Origin: Amoebophilaceae bacterium
Lineage (GTDB): Bacteria; Bacteroidota; Bacteroidia; Cytophagales; Amoebophilaceae
Direction: 5' to 3'
NCBI GenBank assembly: GCA_023257955.1
Contig: JALRAY010000001.1
Location: forward strand, 1 to 47,672
DNA length: 47,672 nt
The notes under the pieces are model-generated. The model searched no databases, was not told the origin of the DNA, and saw only the letters and a program-made list of their open reading frames with translations. This document shows positions 42,365-47,672 of the stretch, one piece after another. Both the position numbers and the translations under genes were made by a program. Each line of letters opens with the position of its first letter. Position 1 is the first letter of the stretch.

Positions 42365-42580
42365 GTCCCTTGCGAGGAGCCGCTTTTATGTTAGTGCGCT
42401 GCGCCTTCCATTTTATGTCATTGCGAGGAGCCGCAGGCGACGAAGCAACCCATATGTGGTGTTGCGCATGGTTTTTCTTTGTGTGGGTGGCACTCCGTTG
42501 GTAATAAAAGGGTTAGCATGGATTATCTCCGAATACGCAGAGGCCTACGCATCGATGCGCCCTGCGGGGATTGTCTTCAC
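42365..42580. repeat. Degenerate REP/RPE-like palindromic element
   Basis: GTCATTGCGAGGAGCCGCAGGCGACGAAGCAACCCAT at 42417-42453; TTGCGAGGAGCCGC duplicated at 42370 and 42421. Confidence 0.55.
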
Positions 42581-42605
42581 TTGGTGAATGGATCTTGTTC
42601 TTTAC

Positions 42606-45314
42606 CTACCGTATCGTACCCCCTATCGACCAATGTATTTCTAATTTTTCCAGCATTTGACTATCCAAACCATAGCCAAAGTCGATACCTATGAGACCGA
42701 TAGGAAGGTACATCCGCAAGCCTAGTCCTGTTGATTTTTTAAGATCCCATAGTTTCCAATCTTTGTAGTGCGCCCATGTGTTACCCGCTTCAAAAAAGCA
42801 TAAAGCGTACACAAAGAACATGCTGGACTTGATGATGGGATGGCGGAATTCTGCGCCTATTTTATCAAAAATCACCCCGCCTTCGTAATCAGGATTATGC
42901 TTATCTTTTGGCGAGATAGAGCCATCTGGATACCCGCGTAATGAAATAGGTTCACGGCCTAAGATGGAAAAGTCCATCATGCTCTTACCACCTAGCACAA
43001 ATCTTTCAAAAGGACCGATGCCTCTGCGAGGGGAGTAGTTAGTTAAGAAGCCGGCATGGGCAAAGACATTGAAAACCCAATCCCCAACTACATTGTAATA
43101 GTAATTAAAGTCGAGTATCGGTTGGATATATTCCTTGTGTTTCAGCTGCTGTTCTAGTGTCTCTTTGGCTGTTTTGTTCTTTTGAAACCAGCTATAGGGA
43201 ACCGAAAACTTAGATTGCAAGGAGATGATACTACCCTCTGTTGGGTACATGGGTTGATTCACGGTATTTCTCTCTAAGACCAACTCCAGGCAGAAATCAT
43301 GCATGATACCCGTATGTGGCTTGTTATTGTCTAGGATATCATGGTTTTTGTAGTTATAAATTTGGTACTTCCCTCCTATTCTGATGGAACAATAATCATC
43401 AGGCCAGGTAAGACGCTTGCCTAAGCCTGAGCGTACGCTAAAGGAGCCAATGTAGCTTTTATCATCCTTACTACTTTTCTTTTTGTTATTAGCTACTTGA
43501 TCTGGTTGCTGATGAAAGACTTTAGCGACGTCAAAATCGAATGCCGTTGGTCTTTGGCCAAATAACCAAGGCTCTATAAACTTAAGACTGATTTCTTGCC
43601 GACGAAGGCCTGTAAAAGCAGCTTTTAAATTGATAGATTGCACATCTCCCAGGGGCATCTTCCATCGCAAGGCATTCCTCAATGAAAAGTTATTGGTGCC
43701 TACTTCTGCAAATACGGTTATAGGCGCATTGCCTCCTAATTGTGCTCCGAGCTTGGCATCAAAGCGCAAGGCTTCTTTTACCTTCCAAAGGATATCTACG
43801 GTATCATTATCCATATTGGGTAATGGTATAATATCCATTTTGCTAGGGTCGAAAATATTGAGCATGGCTAACTCCCGCTGCGAACGGATGATTTTTTTTC
43901 TACTAAACTTATCCCCTGGTAAGGTGAGGAGTTCCCTGCGAATGACTGCTTCGTTGGTATACCGGTTGCCTAAAATTTTGATGTCATTGATGGTCGCTTG
44001 TTCCCCTTCATGGATGACAAACGCGAGGTCTACGTTGTTGCCGTCTATCGCTACTTCTGTAGGTTCAATATTAAAAAACAAGTAGCCATGATCCATATAC
44101 AAGGAGCTGATTTCGTTCCCTTCAGGGCTAAAGTATAACCGTTCTTTCAACAAGCTAGCACTGTAGAGGCTACCAGGCTTGATGCCTAAGGCTTTATCTA
44201 ATTCTTTGGCAGTATATATCTGATTACCTATCCATGATATCTTTCTGATGTAGTATTTCTCCCCTTCCTTGATCCGGAAGGCTATATTCAACAAGCCTGT
44301 TTTAGGACTATATACCTTTTCTTGTACAATAGCGGCATCTCTATAGCCTTGATTTTGGTAAGTTGTGACGATGGCTTCTTTATCCGCTTTGTATTGCCCC
44401 TTTGTGAATTTGGAGGACGTAAAAATGACGTGTTTCTTAAGATACAACATCGCGTCATCCATGTTCATCCAGTCTTGGTTCCGTAAGATGCCGTTTTTAC
44501 GAATAGGGTGGAGGGTGCATATTTTATATAAGATATCCCTTACTAACGTAAACCGCGGTTTTTCTTGCAATTGTAATGGCGCTTTCAGTACGTCACTATC
44601 TATATGGTCATTTCCGGTGATGATGATCTTGTTAATAATCACTTTCTCCCCTTTATTAATGTTTATATGCAATTCCCGGTAACCAGAATCTTCAGGGTCC
44701 GGTACTTCCGTGATGGTGACGCTAACGTCTCTATAGCCTTTATCTAAGAAGTATTTTTTTATATCCTTTTTGACCTTCTTAATCAGCTGTGGCGTGATGA
44801 TTTTCCCTTCCACTAAGTTGATCTCTTCTTGTATATTCTTCTTTTCTCGTTTGGTAAGACCTTCAATGGTATAGCGGGATAGGAGGGGGCTTTCTTCAAT
44901 ATGAATAGCCAAGGTGATGTAATAATCCTTTACACTGGTGACGTAAATGGATGCATCCTTGATGAGCTTTTGCTTCCACAGGCGCTCTATAGCCTCTCTG
45001 ATAGCAGGACTAGGAATTTGAATAAGCCCTCCTACTTGCAAGCCACTCATGGCGATGAGAAGCTCCGCATCTATAGATTGCGCGCCTTCTACTTGTATCT
45101 CTTGTATTAGGTACGTCTTAGGTTGTACATAATCTATGTTTATGATAGGAGTTTCTTCCTTAAGCGTAGCATTAGTAGGCGCTGTTGACTTGTTTTTAGG
45201 GGAATTGGCAGAGCCTTTTGTGCTTGAGCTCTTGGGATCTGCCAGTGCTGGAGCGGTAAAGAAGAGCACACACAGGAACGTGCTGGTGCATGTTTGTAAA
45301 AATCGATTTTTCAT
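42606..45314 (-). CDS. bamA: Outer membrane protein assembly factor BamA
   Basis: Signal peptide, POTRA repeats, VIRREL, LRGY, C-terminal barrel GIDFGYG. Confidence 0.93.
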   Translation of the reverse strand: MKNRFLQTCTSTFLCVLFFTAPALADPKSSSTKGSANSPKNKSTAPTNATLKEETPIINIDYVQPKTYLIQEIQVEGAQSIDAELLIAMSGLQVGGLIQIPSPAIREAIERLWKQKLIKDASIYVTSVKDYYITLAIHIEESPLLSRYTIEGLTKREKKNIQEEINLVEGKIITPQLIKKVKKDIKKYFLDKGYRDVSVTITEVPDPEDSGYRELHININKGEKVIINKIIITGNDHIDSDVLKAPLQLQEKPRFTLVRDILYKICTLHPIRKNGILRNQDWMNMDDAMLYLKKHVIFTSSKFTKGQYKADKEAIVTTYQNQGYRDAAIVQEKVYSPKTGLLNIAFRIKEGEKYYIRKISWIGNQIYTAKELDKALGIKPGSLYSASLLKERLYFSPEGNEISSLYMDHGYLFFNIEPTEVAIDGNNVDLAFVIHEGEQATINDIKILGNRYTNEAVIRRELLTLPGDKFSRKKIIRSQRELAMLNIFDPSKMDIIPLPNMDNDTVDILWKVKEALRFDAKLGAQLGGNAPITVFAEVGTNNFSLRNALRWKMPLGDVQSINLKAAFTGLRRQEISLKFIEPWLFGQRPTAFDFDVAKVFHQQPDQVANNKKKSSKDDKSYIGSFSVRSGLGKRLTWPDDYCSIRIGGKYQIYNYKNHDILDNNKPHTGIMHDFCLELVLERNTVNQPMYPTEGSIISLQSKFSVPYSWFQKNKTAKETLEQQLKHKEYIQPILDFNYYYNVVGDWVFNVFAHAGFLTNYSPRRGIGPFERFVLGGKSMMDFSILGREPISLRGYPDGSISPKDKHNPDYEGGVIFDKIGAEFRHPIIKSSMFFVYALCFFEAGNTWAHYKDWKLWDLKKSTGLGLRMYLPIGLIGIDFGYGLDSQMLEKLEIHWSIGGTIR

Positions 45315-45329
45315 GATAGGTGGTTACAA

Positions 45330-46172
45330 TTAAGCTACTTTGCCAAATCTTCTATTCCTTTTCTGGTAATTGATGATGGCTTGATATAAATCTGCTTCTT
45401 GAAAGTCGGGCCAATACTTCTTTAGGATTACTAACTCCGCATAGGCTACTTGCCAGATCAAGAAGTTACTGATGCGCATGTCACCGCCTGTGCGAATGAC
45501 GAGGTCCGGATCAGGTATGTTAGAAGTAGATAGGTATTGCTCAAAAACCGCTTCATTGATATCGTTGACTTGTATATGTTGCTTTTGCAGATCATTAACC
45601 AAGGAGTGGACAGCTTGTACGATATCCCATCTGCCGCTATAACCGATACAAAACGTCAAAGTCAACGTGTTATTACCACTGGTTGCCTGTATGGCATGCG
45701 TAATCACTTCCTGGCAGGTTGCCGGCACATCGTCAAGATCTCCTATAACTTGCAGTTTGATGCCATTTTTGATGAGGAAGGATAGTTTTTCATTGATTGT
45801 ATCAGTCATCAGAGTCATTAAGCCTGTGACCTCTTCTTCCGGTCTTTGCCAATTTTCTGTAGAAAAGGCATATAGCGTTAAGTAAGGGATATTCAGTTCT
45901 ACACAACCTTTTATAGCATTTTCTACACTTTGGATGCCATTGAAATGTCCAAATAAGCGAGGTTTGCCTTGTTGCTTCGCCCACCGTCCATTGCCATCCA
46001 TAATAATGGCTACATGTTTAGGTATATTTTGATTTTGTAGGATATAGGATTTCTTGGTAGTTAAGCTTCTTCCCCAGAGGGGCTGCTGATCGCATTGTTG
46101 GTATACGTATAGCCCTAGGCACGTGACAAGGAGGATAAAGAGTGGTATGTGGAGTTTGAATAATATGCTCAT
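45330..46172 (-). CDS. uppS: Undecaprenyl diphosphate synthase with a hydrophobic N-terminal extension
   Basis: IMDGNGRW, FSTENW.R, IRTGG..RISNFLIWQ, RRFG. Confidence 0.95.
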   Translation of the reverse strand: MSILFKLHIPLFILLVTCLGLYVYQQCDQQPLWGRSLTTKKSYILQNQNIPKHVAIIMDGNGRWAKQQGKPRLFGHFNGIQSVENAIKGCVELNIPYLTLYAFSTENWQRPEEEVTGLMTLMTDTINEKLSFLIKNGIKLQVIGDLDDVPATCQEVITHAIQATSGNNTLTLTFCIGYSGRWDIVQAVHSLVNDLQKQHIQVNDINEAVFEQYLSTSNIPDPDLVIRTGGDMRISNFLIWQVAYAELVILKKYWPDFQEADLYQAIINYQKRNRRFGKVA

Positions 46173-46192
46173 GTGTTCTATAAGGAGGGGGG

Positions 46193-47242
46193 TTAAATAA
46201 TCAGCATAGCATCACCATAGATAAAGAATTTATATTTTTCCTTTATCGCTACTTGGTACATTTCTTTCGTCATCTCATAGCCTAAAAAGGCTGATACAGC
46301 TACCAATGGTAATGATTCTGGTAAATGGAAGTTGGTGACTAACGCATTGCAAATTTTAAAATTATGTGGCGGAAGGATGAGCTTACTCGTCCAATCATTG
46401 AAGGTCTTTAGATTACCAGCGACGGAAACGGAATTTTCTAACGCGGTAGCTGTAGCGGAGCCTATGGCACAAATTCTTTTTTTTGCGCCTAAGGCCTTGT
46501 TGACGGCTAGCACTGTTTCTTCTGAAATATTCAGAAGCTCTGCACCTAGTTTATATTTTGCGAGATCCTCTACCTCTATATTTTTGACAGCATTCAGACT
46601 GATATGTAAGGTAACAGCTGCAGCATGTACGCCTTTGAGCTCTAATCTTTTAAGCAAGTGTGGGGTGACATGCAAGCCGGATGCGGGAGGAACGACGGCA
46701 CCTATGTGCTTTGCAAAAATAGTCTGTAACCTTTCTTGGTCTATCGGTTCATAGGGGCGCTTAATCTGTTCCGGAAGTGGCATACGACCGAACCGTTCTA
46801 CAATGTCATATAGCTCTTGTGTGGTACCATTAAATAAAAATTTCAGCGTTCTGCCTCTAGAGGTAGTATTGTCCAAAACCTCAGCTACCAACTCATCATT
46901 CTCCCCAAAAGAAAGCTTGTTGCCTACACGGATTTTTCTTGCAGGCTCCACTAACGTATCCCATAGATGTTCCGTGCTTTCCAGCTCCCGTAGCAGAAAG
47001 ACTTCTATTTCCGCCACGGTTTGATCTTTGCTGCCATATAGCTTTGCCGGTAATACTTTGGTATCATTCAAAACCACCATATCATCTTCCTGCAAGTAAT
47101 CCACCAAGTCGTTAAAGGTTTTATGCTCTATTTTTCCCGTTTCCTTATGTACAACCATCAAGCGCGCATCCCCTCTGTGTTCGGAAGGGTGGGTGGCAAT
47201 AAGTTTAGAAGGCAAGGTAAAGTTGAATTTAGAGAGTTTCAT
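46193..47242 (-). CDS. queA: QueA-fold protein with divergent signature motifs
   Basis: MKLSKFNFTLP..LIA..P, NDTKV, TNFHLP, YGDAMLI; start at ATG 47242. Confidence 0.88.
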   Translation of the reverse strand: MKLSKFNFTLPSKLIATHPSEHRGDARLMVVHKETGKIEHKTFNDLVDYLQEDDMVVLNDTKVLPAKLYGSKDQTVAEIEVFLLRELESTEHLWDTLVEPARKIRVGNKLSFGENDELVAEVLDNTTSRGRTLKFLFNGTTQELYDIVERFGRMPLPEQIKRPYEPIDQERLQTIFAKHIGAVVPPASGLHVTPHLLKRLELKGVHAAAVTLHISLNAVKNIEVEDLAKYKLGAELLNISEETVLAVNKALGAKKRICAIGSATATALENSVSVAGNLKTFNDWTSKLILPPHNFKICNALVTNFHLPESLPLVAVSAFLGYEMTKEMYQVAIKEKYKFFIYGDAMLII

Positions 47243-47672
47243 GGTGATGTAATGTATATAGGGTAGTACGCAAGGTGCCTTTAGGGGAAGAGTTATGAGC
47301 GCATACGTTGTTACACAAGGTAGTGGATCCAGCTTTGTAAAACTTACTTCATGCAATCGCTTCACACGTATGCTTAATATGCAGGACCCAAAAAAGTTGG
47401 TAGCAAATTTAATGTATCTAAGGAATATATCTGCATAAAATAGAAGATTGCTCATTGGGAGCTCCAGATCCTACATTGTGCCTATGTGCTGCCGCATCAT
47501 GTATGACCTCCGCTGTATGTATACACAGGGCTGTAACGTTATTTGTGGAAAATGAGTACAACCATCACCTAGCAGCTGCTAGCAACTGCTAGTTTTTATA
47601 CTGATCGTGAAAGAAAAAGCGAAATTCTTTGGGTAACTCCCCTCCCACGTGATAATTTCAAGTCAGGCTATT

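Noticed and set aside
42357-42694. 76-aa and 71-aa ORFs
   Set aside because: They translate the palindromic repeat (VIARSRRRRSNP) and overlap bamA; likely spurious
1148-47024. Many short ORFs antisense to or nested within housekeeping genes (e.g. 1148, 27938, 36013, 43630, 46332)
   Set aside because: Shadow frames of well-supported genes, with no recognisable motifs
1-47672. CRISPR array, rRNA, intact transposase or prophage
   Set aside because: None seen

Overview
This is a mostly housekeeping chromosomal segment of a reduced, AT-rich Bacteroidota endosymbiont. I infer Cardinium/Amoebophilaceae from the Bacteroidota-type proteins, TAnnTTTG promoter boxes, shuffled gene order and a 'LLxCQLLTSC' leader. 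It holds about 44 CDS (including rpmH, which the ORF track missed), tRNA-Pro(TGG) and tRNA-Val(TAC). Accessory signals: (1) a tightly linked pair of a MazG-like NTP pyrophosphohydrolase and an uncharacterised HxE/CxxC zinc-deaminase-motif protein at 38.6-39.8 kb, the best candidate for an undescribed system; (2) a 28-aa export leader shared in exact register by an AT-rich DacB and a truncated lipoprotein; (3) a full-length QueA with most signature motifs replaced; (4) an orphan NuoK-like gene; (5) three different miniature inverted-repeat elements, one with a perfect 8-bp target duplication just upstream of gap; (6) an internally deleted Rpn/PD-(D/E)XK pseudogene; (7) a loose ArnT/GT2/PAP2/DUF368 undecaprenyl-phosphate module. 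All family calls come from motif recognition by eye; no database searches were run.
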